Assembly: GCA_044377675.1 (NCBI GenBank)
Contig: JBILYP010000007.1
Location: 32,670-96,669 of the forward strand
Direction: 5' to 3'
From: Crocinitomicaceae bacterium
Lineage (GTDB): Bacteria > Bacteroidota > Bacteroidia > Flavobacteriales_D > Crocinitomicaceae
DNA: 64,000 nucleotides
Shown: in pieces, positions 9,995 through 18,911 of the stretch
Layout of the letters: each line of letters opens with the position of its first letter
How positions within the stretch are numbered: position 1 is the stretch's first letter
Notes under the pieces: generated by a model
Told to the model about the DNA's origin: nothing
Database searches by the model: none
Seen by the model: only the letters and a program-made list of their open reading frames with translations
Translations under genes and position numbers: made by a program

Positions 9995-10027
9995 AAAAAA
10001 AAAGAGCCATCGAAATGGCTCTTTTTA
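9995..10027 (-). terminator. intrinsic terminator (serves the minus-strand gene 10045-10341)
   Basis: Stem AGAGCCAT / ATGGCTCT with CGAA loop. An A9 run on the plus strand gives a T9 tail on the minus strand. Confidence 0.75.
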
Positions 10028-10044
10028 AAATAACTAAGCTGGAA

Positions 10045-10341
10045 TTATTTCAATCCGTCTTTCATTAGTTTTTCCATTTCAGCATATCCATCACATTTTT
10101 CAGCTTCTTCTCCCATTTTTTTCCTGTCCGCCTCAGATTTACCTTCATTCAACTTTTGACATTTTTCAAATGCCGCTTTGTTTTTGTTCTGAACAGCTTC
10201 GATTTTTGTTCTGTCTCCATTAGCAGCTTTAATTTCTTTCATTGCGCTAAGTGATGTGTCAACACAATCGCAAACCTCTGATTTACCGCAAGAAGCAAGC
10301 AAAACTAATGCTGCAGCTGCGCTTAAAATAACTTTTTTCAT
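10045..10341 (-). CDS. small helical Cys-containing lipoprotein (paralogue B)
   Basis: Lipobox LLASCG, CDC motif 5 residues after the lipobox Cys, then two further spaced Cys. Confidence 0.6.
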   Translation of the reverse strand: MKKVILSAAAALVLLASCGKSEVCDCVDTSLSAMKEIKAANGDRTKIEAVQNKNKAAFEKCQKLNEGKSEADRKKMGEEAEKCDGYAEMEKLMKDGLK

Positions 10342-10434
10342 TTTCTATATTTTTTTATTCGTGGACAAAGAAACAAAACTATTTTATTTTTCAAATATTT
10401 TTTAGCAAAAATATTCTGTTGCAGGTACAAATTC

Positions 10435-10463
10435 TTGTTTTTAAAGAATTTTCAGTATCTTTG
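10435..10463 (+). promoter_or_regulatory. candidate rpsA promoter (-33 TTG / -7 TATCTTTG)
   Basis: TTG at 10435-10437 and TAnnTTTG at 10456-10463, with 18-nt spacing. This leaves a leader of about 90 nt before the rpsA ATG. Confidence 0.4.
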
Positions 10464-10556
10464 CGGCCTTAAAAATGCTGTGTCTCTGCCCTTGACAGTA
10501 AGTAAAATAACCTTTCGGATAAGTAGAGTGTTCGAAATACAAAAAGTAAAAGCCAT

Positions 10557-12359
10557 ATGGCAAAAGCAAAAACAGAAGCAAGACCAACAGAAGGTATTGC
10601 TGATTTTAACTGGGAAGCTCTTGAATTACAAGGGTACACCCAAGTAGAGCGTTCTGAATTATCAGATCGTTACGAAAAAACCTTAACTTCTATCAACGAG
10701 AAAGAAGTAATCGAAGGTACGGTAATGATGATTACAAAAAAAGAAATCATTATTAACCTAGGTTACAAATCCGAAGGTGTTGTTCCTTCTAACGAATTTC
10801 GTTACAATGCGGATTTAAAAGTAGGTGATACAGTTGATGTATACGTAGAATGCCAAGAAGACAAAACTGGTCAATTGGTTGTTTCTCACCGTACAGCGCG
10901 TATGCATAAAGCTTGGCTTCGTGTAAATGACGTATTACGTACAGGAGAAATTATTACTGGATATGTTAAATGTCGTACGAAAGGTGGATTAATCGTTGAT
11001 GTATTTGGTATCGAAGCATTCTTACCAGGTTCTCAAATTGATGTTAAGCCAATCAGAGACTATGATGTATATGTTGGTAAAAACATGGAATTCAAAGTAG
11101 TGAAAATCAACGAAGAATTTAGAAATGTTGTTGTATCTCATAAAGCGCTTATTGAAGCTGAATTAGAAGAGCAGAAAAAACAAATTATTTCTGGTTTAGA
11201 GAAAGGTCAAGTACTAGAAGGTATTGTGAAAAACGTTACATCATATGGTGTATTCATCGATTTAGGTGGAGTAGACGGATTGATTCACATTACAGATCTA
11301 TCTTGGGGTCGCGTAACGCATCCTGAAGAAATGCTTGAATTAGACCAAAAATTGAATGTGGTTATTCTTGATTTTGATGATGATAAAAAACGTATCGCTC
11401 TTGGTTTAAAACAATTACAACCACATCCATGGGATTCTTTAGATGCTAACTTAAATGTTGGTGACAAAGTTTCAGGAAAAGTTGTTGTTATGGCGGATTA
11501 TGGTGCTTTCATCGAAATCGCTGCAGGAGTTGAAGGATTGATTCACGTTTCTGAAATGAGCTGGTCTCAGCATTTACGTTCTGCTCAAGACTTCATGAAA
11601 GTAGGTGATACTGTTGAAGCACTTATCTTAACTTTAGACAGAGAAGAAAGAAAAATGTCTCTAGGTATCAAACAATTGATGCCAGATCCATGGACTGCAA
11701 TCGAAGCTAAATACTCAGTTAGTTCTAAACACACTGCAAAAGTTAGAAACTTTACCAATTTTGGTGTTTTTGTTGAATTAGAAGAAGGTGTTGATGGTTT
11801 AATCCATATCTCTGATCTTTCTTGGCAAAAGAAAATCAAGCATCCATCTGAATTCTGCAAAGTAGGTGATGAAATGGCTGTTGTTGTATTGGAAATTGAT
11901 CGCGAAAGCAGAAGAATTTCTTTAGGTCACAAACAATTAGAAGAAAATCCTTGGGATGTATTCGAAACAATGTTTGCTGAAGGAACTGTTCATCAAGGTA
12001 CAATTATCGATATGAAAGATAAATCAGGTATCGTTGCATTGCCATACGGTGTTGAAGGAATTTGTCCTGCTAAACACTTGAAAAAAGAAGATGGTTCGCA
12101 AGCTGGATTGGAAGAAACACTTGATTTTAAAGTGATAGAATTCAATAAAGAAGCGAAAAAAATCGTTGTTTCTCATACTCGATTGTTTGAGGAAGGATCG
12201 GATAAACCAACAGCTTCTAAACCGGCGGCTAAAAAACCTACCAAAGGTACAGCAACAGATAGCGCTGTGAAAGCAGTAAATCAAACATCAGAGAAATCTA
12301 CTCTTGGAGATATCGATGCTTTGGCTGAATTGAAAGAAAAAATGGAAAAAGGAGAGTAA
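10557..12359 (+). CDS. rpsA: 30S ribosomal protein S1
   Basis: Six tandem S1 (OB-fold) repeats with the recurring G.V....GVFV.L..GV.GLIH.S pattern. 600 aa with a Lys/Ala-rich tail. Confidence 0.95.
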   Translation: MAKAKTEARPTEGIADFNWEALELQGYTQVERSELSDRYEKTLTSINEKEVIEGTVMMITKKEIIINLGYKSEGVVPSNEFRYNADLKVGDTVDVYVECQEDKTGQLVVSHRTARMHKAWLRVNDVLRTGEIITGYVKCRTKGGLIVDVFGIEAFLPGSQIDVKPIRDYDVYVGKNMEFKVVKINEEFRNVVVSHKALIEAELEEQKKQIISGLEKGQVLEGIVKNVTSYGVFIDLGGVDGLIHITDLSWGRVTHPEEMLELDQKLNVVILDFDDDKKRIALGLKQLQPHPWDSLDANLNVGDKVSGKVVVMADYGAFIEIAAGVEGLIHVSEMSWSQHLRSAQDFMKVGDTVEALILTLDREERKMSLGIKQLMPDPWTAIEAKYSVSSKHTAKVRNFTNFGVFVELEEGVDGLIHISDLSWQKKIKHPSEFCKVGDEMAVVVLEIDRESRRISLGHKQLEENPWDVFETMFAEGTVHQGTIIDMKDKSGIVALPYGVEGICPAKHLKKEDGSQAGLEETLDFKVIEFNKEAKKIVVSHTRLFEEGSDKPTASKPAAKKPTKGTATDSAVKAVNQTSEKSTLGDIDALAELKEKMEKGE

Positions 12360-12381
12360 TCTCTTTTAGGTATATTTTCGT

Positions 12382-12416
12382 AAACGGCTGTCCCTAGGGA
12401 TGGCCGTTTTTATTTT
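12382..12416 (+). terminator. intrinsic terminator after rpsA
   Basis: 7-bp stem AAACGGC / GCCGTTT enclosing the palindrome TCCCTAGGGA, followed by a T-rich tail. Overlaps the stop of the convergent FKBP gene. Confidence 0.65.
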
Positions 12417-12856
12417 GTGCCCTCCACAAAAACTTCAAAAATCAAGATGGAATTTTCGGGGATTGAGCCCTTTGAACTTCTTCCATACGCCATGTGCGGC
12501 GGACAAATAAAACGAACTTTAGAACCAACCTTTTTACTGACTAATACTTCTTTCCATCCGGCAATAACAGCAGTAATATCCAACTCTATCGGTTTTTTAG
12601 TTTTGTCAAATACAGTTCCATTGATTAAATATCCCGTGTAGCTCACCACCAAAATATCCCGCAAATGTATTTCATTGCCCTTTCCTTCTTCTACTAGTTG
12701 CTGGTAAACTCCAGATTCAGATTTTTCCATTTTCCATCCTTTTTTCTTTATCAAGGCTTTAATTTGAAGATCTACTTGTGATTTTTCACTGTCGGAATAA
12801 CTTCCACAAGATGAAAAAACAAATAAAAGAACCGAAAGGGGGAATATGAATTTCAT
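12410..12856 (-). CDS. FKBP-type peptidyl-prolyl cis-trans isomerase lipoprotein
   Basis: Lipobox FSSCG. FKBP motifs YTGYLINGTVFD and PPHMAYG. Confidence 0.85.
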   Translation of the reverse strand: MKFIFPLSVLLFVFSSCGSYSDSEKSQVDLQIKALIKKKGWKMEKSESGVYQQLVEEGKGNEIHLRDILVVSYTGYLINGTVFDKTKKPIELDITAVIAGWKEVLVSKKVGSKVRFICPPHMAYGRSSKGSIPENSILIFEVFVEGTK

Positions 12857-12916
12857 TTATTTTAAGAATTAAGTCGTAAAGATAATACTACACTTCTTTC
12901 AATTCGCTTAAAAGAC

Positions 12917-12924
12917 TAAATTTG
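12917..12924 (+). promoter_or_regulatory. candidate -7 promoter box (TAAATTTG)
   Basis: Exact TAnnTTTG match upstream of the arginase-family gene. Its position favours the ATG at 12961 over the 12937/12940 starts. Confidence 0.3.
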
Positions 12925-12960
12925 TAAGACTAAATTTTGATGGAATACAAACCAATTTAT

Positions 12961-13917
12961 ATGACAAAGAACATTCATTTAATTCTCAATTCTTCCGAGT
13001 TAGGAGCAGGAACACGTGGTGCTTCTCTTGGTCCTGCGGCAATACAAGTAGCTGCTAGAGAGATTGGTAGTGATTTTTTTGGTGATAAAACAACAACGCA
13101 TATTTTAGATCGAAATCCATTATTGGATATACCCACTTCATACCCATTTGCAAAAAGAATAGATGGTGTATCTGAGGTGGCAAATGAAATTGTACATCAA
13201 GTAAGTCAAGTCCTGGAGTCAAATGAATTCCCATTAGTACTTGCTGCCGATCATTCTTCTGCGGCGTTTACCATTGGTGGAATTCGGAAAGCCTTTCCAG
13301 AGAAAAAATTAGGTGTTATTTGGATTGATGCACATGGTGATTTACATTCTCCGTATACAACCCCTTCAGGAAATATTCACGGAATGCCGCTCGCTATCGC
13401 ATTGGGATTGGATAACTTGGAAATGAAAAGAAATGAGTTGGATGAGAAAAGCTATTCTTATTGGGAAAACCTCAAGCAGTTAGCGGGAGTATCACCCCTA
13501 TTTCAACCTGAAAACCTTGTTTTTATTGGGGTTCGTGACACCGAAAAGGAGGAGGAGTACCTTATGGATAAACATGGGATTCGCAATGTGAAAGTGGAGG
13601 AGGTTCGACAAAAAGGGGTTGATCAAATAGTAAATGAAACTACGTTGTATTTATCGGCATGTGACATTATCTATGTTTCATTTGATGTTGATTCAATGGA
13701 TCCAGATTTGACCTCATACGGGACAGGTACGCCTGTTAAGAATGGATTGACAATTGAGGAAGCAAGATCGTTGTTAGTTCAATTTACGCAAGATACCAAA
13801 ACAGTTTGCTTGGAGGTTGTAGAAGTTAATCCATGTTTGGATAATAAAAAAAATAAAATGGCTGAAATTGCATTTGATTTAATTCAATCAGTTGCCGATT
13901 CGTTGTCGAAAAAATAA
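12961..13917 (+). CDS. arginase/ureohydrolase family protein (arginase or formimidoylglutamase type)
   Basis: Mn-site motifs DHSSA, IWIDAHGDLH and SFDVDSMDP. Start is uncertain (12937 TTG, 12940 ATG or 12961 ATG). Confidence 0.8.
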   Translation: MTKNIHLILNSSELGAGTRGASLGPAAIQVAAREIGSDFFGDKTTTHILDRNPLLDIPTSYPFAKRIDGVSEVANEIVHQVSQVLESNEFPLVLAADHSSAAFTIGGIRKAFPEKKLGVIWIDAHGDLHSPYTTPSGNIHGMPLAIALGLDNLEMKRNELDEKSYSYWENLKQLAGVSPLFQPENLVFIGVRDTEKEEEYLMDKHGIRNVKVEEVRQKGVDQIVNETTLYLSACDIIYVSFDVDSMDPDLTSYGTGTPVKNGLTIEEARSLLVQFTQDTKTVCLEVVEVNPCLDNKKNKMAEIAFDLIQSVADSLSKK

Positions 13918-13918
13918 T

Positions 13919-15817
13919 ATGGAAAGTACGATAAAAAACTTGTTGGTTGGGCATGCTCAAACTCTTTTTGGAACTGAAATCACCGAAAGTTCGATTCAAT
14001 TTCAACCAACGAGAAAGGATGTTGCCGGAGATTTTACCTTGGTAACGTTCCCCTTTGTTAAAATGCTTAAATGTACACCAGAGCAAGCGGGTGAAATAAT
14101 AGGGGCTTTTTTAAAAACACATTTATCGGAAATCTCTTCCTACGAAGTTATTAAGGGATTTTTAAACATCCAATTGGCTGATACATATTGGTTAAATCAA
14201 TTTAAACAATTATCCGCTGATCCAACTTTGGGATTGCCTGCACCGAATTCTAAGTCGTTGATTATGGTGGAGTATTCGTCTCCAAACACCAATAAACCAT
14301 TGCATTTAGGACATTTGCGTAATATTTTTCTTGGGTATTCAGTGTCCGAAATCTTGAAAGCAGCAGGGCATTCAGTAGTAAAAACTCAAATCATCAACGA
14401 TCGCGGTATTCATATTTGTAAAAGTATGTTAGCGTGGTTAAAATATTCACCGCAGAATGAGGTGGGTGAACGAGAAAACCCGAATAATTCAGGTATTAAA
14501 GGCGATAAATTAGTCGGTAAATATTATGTTGAATTTGATAAACACCTCAAACTAGAAACGGAAGATGTGTTAGGTCTTTGGATGGGAGGTGATTTTTCAG
14601 GTTTTGATGCGAAAGTTATCACCGAAGTGAAACGCTTGATGGAGGCGCAAGTTGGAAAGGATGAAAAAGCAATTGAAACAATCAACGATAAAATAAAGGA
14701 AATTGCCCGTAATCAAACAGATTTGATGCGCGAAGCAAAGAATATGCTAGTGCGATGGGAAGCCAAAGATCCTGAAGTGTATTTATTGTGGCAAACCATG
14801 AACGGTTGGGTATATCAAGGATTTGAAAAAACCTATCAAAAAATGGAGGTGGATTTCGATAAATATTATTACGAATCCGACACGTATTTATTGGGCAAAG
14901 ACGTTGTTGCCAAAGGATTGAATGAGGGTGTTTTTTACCAAAAAGAAGATGGTTCAGTTTGGATTGATTTAACGGAGGATGGATTAGATGAAAAATTATT
15001 ACTTCGATCAGATGGAACTGCTGTTTATATTACCCAAGATATAGGAACAGCAATTGAGCGTTTCAATGATTATCCCGATATTAAAGGAATGGTGTATACG
15101 GTTGGGAATGAACAAGATTATCATTTCAAAGTGCTTTTCCTGATTTTACAAAAAATGGGGTATGAGTGGGCGAAAAATTGCTTCCATTTGTCGTATGGTA
15201 TGGTTGATCTTCCAACAGGTAAAATGAAATCTCGGGAAGGAACAGTTGTAGATGCAGATGATTTGATGGATGAAGTAATCGCTTCAGCAACCGAGATGAC
15301 AAAAGAGCGAGGACATTTAGATGGATTGAGTCAACAAGATAAAGACAGATTGTATACCAATATTGGTTTGGGAGGATTGAAGTATTATCTTTTGAAGGTA
15401 GATCCTAAAAAACGCATGTTGTTTAATCCAGCTGAATCCATTGAGTTAAATGGACATACTGGACCGTTTATTCAATATGCACATGCCCGAATTAAATCGC
15501 TTATACGAAAGAGCACCGAAGATTTTTCCGCTTGGAATAATCCAATTTTAGGAATTGAAGAAAAACAAATTGTTAAAACACTTACTGTATTTCCAGAAAT
15601 TATTGAGGCTGCAGCTCAAGAATACTCCCCTGCGTTGTTGGCGAATTATTTGTTTGACCTTGTGAAGGAATATAACCACTTCTACCAAAGTGTGAGTATA
15701 TTAAACGAAGAGCATGCAGACACCCGTAAGTTGCGATTAGCCATAAGTTCTTCCGTAGCTCTTGTTGCGGCAACTGGAATGCGTTTGTTGGGGATTCATG
15801 TGCCTGATAGAATGTAA
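13919..15817 (+). CDS. argS: arginine--tRNA ligase
   Basis: Class I HIGH motif SSPNTNKPLHLGHLRN, KMKSREG (KMSKS-like) and a DALR anticodon-binding C-terminus ending in ...GIHVPDRM. ATG at 13919, 1 nt after the arginase-family stop. Confidence 0.93.
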   Translation: MESTIKNLLVGHAQTLFGTEITESSIQFQPTRKDVAGDFTLVTFPFVKMLKCTPEQAGEIIGAFLKTHLSEISSYEVIKGFLNIQLADTYWLNQFKQLSADPTLGLPAPNSKSLIMVEYSSPNTNKPLHLGHLRNIFLGYSVSEILKAAGHSVVKTQIINDRGIHICKSMLAWLKYSPQNEVGERENPNNSGIKGDKLVGKYYVEFDKHLKLETEDVLGLWMGGDFSGFDAKVITEVKRLMEAQVGKDEKAIETINDKIKEIARNQTDLMREAKNMLVRWEAKDPEVYLLWQTMNGWVYQGFEKTYQKMEVDFDKYYYESDTYLLGKDVVAKGLNEGVFYQKEDGSVWIDLTEDGLDEKLLLRSDGTAVYITQDIGTAIERFNDYPDIKGMVYTVGNEQDYHFKVLFLILQKMGYEWAKNCFHLSYGMVDLPTGKMKSREGTVVDADDLMDEVIASATEMTKERGHLDGLSQQDKDRLYTNIGLGGLKYYLLKVDPKKRMLFNPAESIELNGHTGPFIQYAHARIKSLIRKSTEDFSAWNNPILGIEEKQIVKTLTVFPEIIEAAAQEYSPALLANYLFDLVKEYNHFYQSVSILNEEHADTRKLRLAISSSVALVAATGMRLLGIHVPDRM

Positions 15818-15821
15818 AGAA

Positions 15822-15842
15822 TTGTAGATATTTAATCTACAA
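15822..15842. terminator. possible shared hairpin between convergent argS and mazF
   Basis: 8-bp stem TTGTAGAT / ATCTACAA with a 5-nt loop. The T-tails are weak on both strands. Confidence 0.3.
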
Positions 15843-16155
15843 AAGTTTCTCGAATCACTTGTTTACATTCATGTATCTCCTTAATTGTTAAGGAATTAAA
15901 AACTTTAATAATTCTGGTTTTATCTATGGTTCGGATTTGATCAATTACAATCCAACCTTCTTGATTATTGTGTTTTATTTTAACTCGGGTGGGATATTTT
16001 CGACTTGTTGAAGTCATCGGTGCAATGGTAATCGTTTTCAAATTGTCATTCATTTCATTTGGAGAAAGAATAACACAAGGTCTCGTTTTTTGAATTTCAC
16101 TGCCAATAGTTGGATCTAAATTAACCAATACAACTTGATACTGCTTTATTTCCAT
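15832..16155 (-). CDS. mazF: type II toxin, PemK/MazF family endoribonuclease
   Basis: 107 aa with the MazF/PemK pattern VVLVNLDPTIGSEIQKTRPCVIL...IAPMTS. Overlaps the upstream antitoxin gene by 10 nt. Confidence 0.85.
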   Translation of the reverse strand: MEIKQYQVVLVNLDPTIGSEIQKTRPCVILSPNEMNDNLKTITIAPMTSTSRKYPTRVKIKHNNQEGWIVIDQIRTIDKTRIIKVFNSLTIKEIHECKQVIRETFVD

Positions 16156-16391
16156 TCATCAAAATTTTCATCCTCAAAAACATCATCTAGCAAGAGCTTA
16201 TCCTCACCTGATCTATGCATCTTTTGAAATGCTTCATTCCATCCCTTTCGTGGCTCTGAAATGGGACGCAGAATAATTTGACCTTTTTCCAAGATTATTT
16301 CAACTTTATCAATTATGTTGTATCTATCAATGATTGCTTTTGTTAAGCGAAAACCTTTAGAATTGCCGATTTTGATTATTGAAAGTTCCAT
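16146..16391 (-). CDS. mazE: type II antitoxin, AbrB/MazE/SpoVT family
   Basis: 81 aa with N-terminal swapped-hairpin motif IIKIGNSKGFRLTKAIIDRY and an acidic C-terminal tail (DDVFEDENFDEW). Confidence 0.8.
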   Translation of the reverse strand: MELSIIKIGNSKGFRLTKAIIDRYNIIDKVEIILEKGQIILRPISEPRKGWNEAFQKMHRSGEDKLLLDDVFEDENFDEWK

Positions 16392-16470
16392 AGCTTTTGA
16401 TTTATGTAATTACAAAGTTATTACAATTAAATCTAAAACCAAAAAATAGTTACAAAATCAAAAACGTAAT

Positions 16471-16758
16471 CTACTTTAATAATCGATGCATCCAATGTCT
16501 GTTGTGTGGATGTTCGTGCTGATTGTGCATCTCTCGATTTTCATAGATTTGTTGCGTAATGGCAGAGTCATGATGTGCACGCGTTGAAGCTTTATCTTCG
16601 GTAGATTCAATCGTTTGATCTGTTGCCAGTTTATCCAGCACTTTATTCAATTCAGCGCGTTCAAACCACATTCCATTGCAGGAGGGGCATGATTTAAAAT
16701 GAAATCCTAGGCGTTCTGTTTTTTCTAGATTGCTGCTGATGCATGATGGACATTTCAT
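16471..16758 (-). CDS. zf-TFIIB-type zinc-ribbon protein with a His-rich C-terminus
   Basis: CPSC...x...CPSCNGMWFERAELNKVL matches the bacterial TFIIB-like zinc-ribbon pattern. Tail is HNQHEHPHNRHWMH. Confidence 0.65.
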   Translation of the reverse strand: MKCPSCISSNLEKTERLGFHFKSCPSCNGMWFERAELNKVLDKLATDQTIESTEDKASTRAHHDSAITQQIYENREMHNQHEHPHNRHWMHRLLK

Positions 16759-16921
16759 ATTGTTTTTTTCCTAAAATTAGGATATCGTGAACCAATTAAC
16801 TTTTACTTATTGCGAATGATTTTGCAATTTTATCATTCAGCATGGAATTCTATATTACAAGGCTTTCAACTTTCATCCTAAGTTACTTTAAGAATTTCAG
16901 CTTTCAAATTGGTAAAATCAG

Positions 16922-16929
16922 TAAATTTG
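16922..16929 (+). promoter_or_regulatory. candidate -7 promoter box (TAAATTTG)
   Basis: Exact TAnnTTTG match 18 nt upstream of the ATG at 16947. Confidence 0.3.
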
Positions 16930-16946
16930 TAAAAAAAGAATCAATC

Positions 16947-17837
16947 ATGAAAAACGTCGCAGTTATTGGTGCAGGAACAATGGGAAATGGAATTGCTCAT
17001 GTATTCGCACAATTCGGATATACAGTAAATTTAATTGATGTTTCCGCGGCATCACTAGAAAAAGCATTGGCTACAATTGCTAAAAACTTAGATCGCCAGG
17101 TGGCTAAAGGAGCATTGACTGAAGAAGAAAAAACAACTACTCTAAATAACTTGACAACTTTTACATCTGTAAGAGAGGGCGTTCAAGGCGTTCAATTAGT
17201 GGTTGAAGCAGCGACAGAAAATATTGATTTGAAATTGAAAATATTCAAAGAATTAGATGAAGTTACCGATCCTTCAGTTATTTTGGCGACAAATACTTCA
17301 TCCATATCCATTACTAAAATTGCATCGGTTACCAATCGCGCGGATAAAGTAATTGGAATGCATTTTATGAATCCGGTTCCAGTTATGAAATTGGTTGAAA
17401 TCATTCGAGGATATTCTACTTCCGATGAAGTGACTGAATTAATCATGGAAACTTCTAAAAAGTTAGGTAAAGTTCCTGTTGAGGTGAATGATTATCCGGG
17501 TTTTGTGGCGAATCGTATTTTAATGCCAATGATCAACGAAGCAATTTATACCTTGTACGAAGGTGTTGCAGGAGTTGAAGAAATCGATACTGTAATGAAG
17601 TTGGGTATGGCTCATCCTATGGGACCCCTTCAATTAGCCGATTTTATTGGTTTAGATGTTTGTTTGGCCATCCTCCACGTTCTACATGATGGTTTTGGAA
17701 ACCCGAAATACGCTCCATGTCCCTTATTAGTGAATATGGTTACAGCCGGTAAAAAAGGCGTAAAATCCGGAGAAGGATTCTATTCTTGGACTCATGGCAC
17801 CAAAGATCTGATTGTTGCGGATAATTTTAAAAAATAA
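16947..17837 (+). CDS. hbd: 3-hydroxybutyryl-CoA / 3-hydroxyacyl-CoA dehydrogenase
   Basis: Rossmann motif VIGAGTMGNGIA and 3HCDH N- and C-domain layout (HFMNPVPVMKLVEI, PGFVANRIL). Trimmed to MKNVAVIG. Confidence 0.88.
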   Translation: MKNVAVIGAGTMGNGIAHVFAQFGYTVNLIDVSAASLEKALATIAKNLDRQVAKGALTEEEKTTTLNNLTTFTSVREGVQGVQLVVEAATENIDLKLKIFKELDEVTDPSVILATNTSSISITKIASVTNRADKVIGMHFMNPVPVMKLVEIIRGYSTSDEVTELIMETSKKLGKVPVEVNDYPGFVANRILMPMINEAIYTLYEGVAGVEEIDTVMKLGMAHPMGPLQLADFIGLDVCLAILHVLHDGFGNPKYAPCPLLVNMVTAGKKGVKSGEGFYSWTHGTKDLIVADNFKK

Positions 17838-17891
17838 GGAGTTTCTTTTGTTTAATACTCAAAATCGGCACAACTTATTAAGTCTTTTACA

Positions 17892-18911
17892 ATGTTAAAT
17901 GTAAAAGACTCCTTTCAAATAACCAAACACCTAACTTTAAGTAGGCTTTGGAATTTATTGGTGCTAAAAGCGAGTTATCTCATTTCACGCGTTACCAGAA
18001 AAGCTTGGCATGTGGGTAATCCATTCTCCTTGAGTATTGAACCCACTACGGCTTGTAATTTGGGTTGTCCAGAATGTCCGAGCGGTTTGAAGCAGTTTAC
18101 CCGACCAACAGGGAAATTAGACCTAGAGTTGCATAAAGAAATGTTGAGTCAAGTCGAAAAAAGTGTATTTTACATCAATTATTATTTTCAAGGAGAACCA
18201 TTTCTGCATCCTCAATTTTTGGATTTGATTAAAGAAGCTAAAAAAGCAAAGATATATACCGCCACATCAACCAATGCTCACTTCATCACGAAGGAGAAAG
18301 CTACCGAAATTGTAAAATCTGGATTGGATCGTTTGATTATTTCAATTGATGGACTTACACAAGAAACGTATGAGCAATACCGCGTTCATGGTCAACTGGA
18401 AAAGGTAATTGAAGGAAGTAAATGGTTGGTTGAAGCTAAAAAGGAACTAAAATCTAGCACGCCGCATTTGATTTTTCAATTTTTAGCCGTTAAACCGAAT
18501 GAACACGAAATTCCGGCTGTATTTTCATTAGCTAATGAACTTGAAATTGATGAGGTTCGCATCAAAACAGCTCAATTTTACGAGTATGAACAAGGAAACC
18601 CATTAATGCCAACGAATGAAAAGTATAGTCGATACAAACGGACTATTTCAGGGAAATATGCATTAAAAGGAGATCCCGGAAATCATTGTTGGCGCATGTG
18701 GTCCGGAAGCGTACTCACGTGGGACGGAAAAGTGGTGCCCTGTTGTTTTGACAAAGATGCACAACATGCCATGGGAACATTGAAAGACAAATCCTTTCAG
18801 GAAATTTGGCGATCAGCCAGTTACCAAAATTTCCGTCAAGCTATTTTAACGAATCGTAAAGGAATTGATATTTGTTCCAATTGTTCGGAAGGAACTAAAG
18901 TGTGGAATTAG
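17892..18911 (+). CDS. radical SAM/SPASM domain protein
   Basis: CNLGCPECP (CX3CX2C) cluster motif after a hydrophobic or amphipathic N-terminal segment. Cys-rich SPASM-like C-terminus: CWRMW...VVPCCFD...CSNCSEG. Confidence 0.8.
   Translation: MLNVKDSFQITKHLTLSRLWNLLVLKASYLISRVTRKAWHVGNPFSLSIEPTTACNLGCPECPSGLKQFTRPTGKLDLELHKEMLSQVEKSVFYINYYFQGEPFLHPQFLDLIKEAKKAKIYTATSTNAHFITKEKATEIVKSGLDRLIISIDGLTQETYEQYRVHGQLEKVIEGSKWLVEAKKELKSSTPHLIFQFLAVKPNEHEIPAVFSLANELEIDEVRIKTAQFYEYEQGNPLMPTNEKYSRYKRTISGKYALKGDPGNHCWRMWSGSVLTWDGKVVPCCFDKDAQHAMGTLKDKSFQEIWRSASYQNFRQAILTNRKGIDICSNCSEGTKVWN

Noticed and set aside
10435-10647. 70-aa plus-strand ORF spanning the rpsA leader and start.
   Set aside because: It is out of frame with rpsA and overlaps it. 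The region is better explained as the promoter and 5' UTR of a highly expressed S1 gene.
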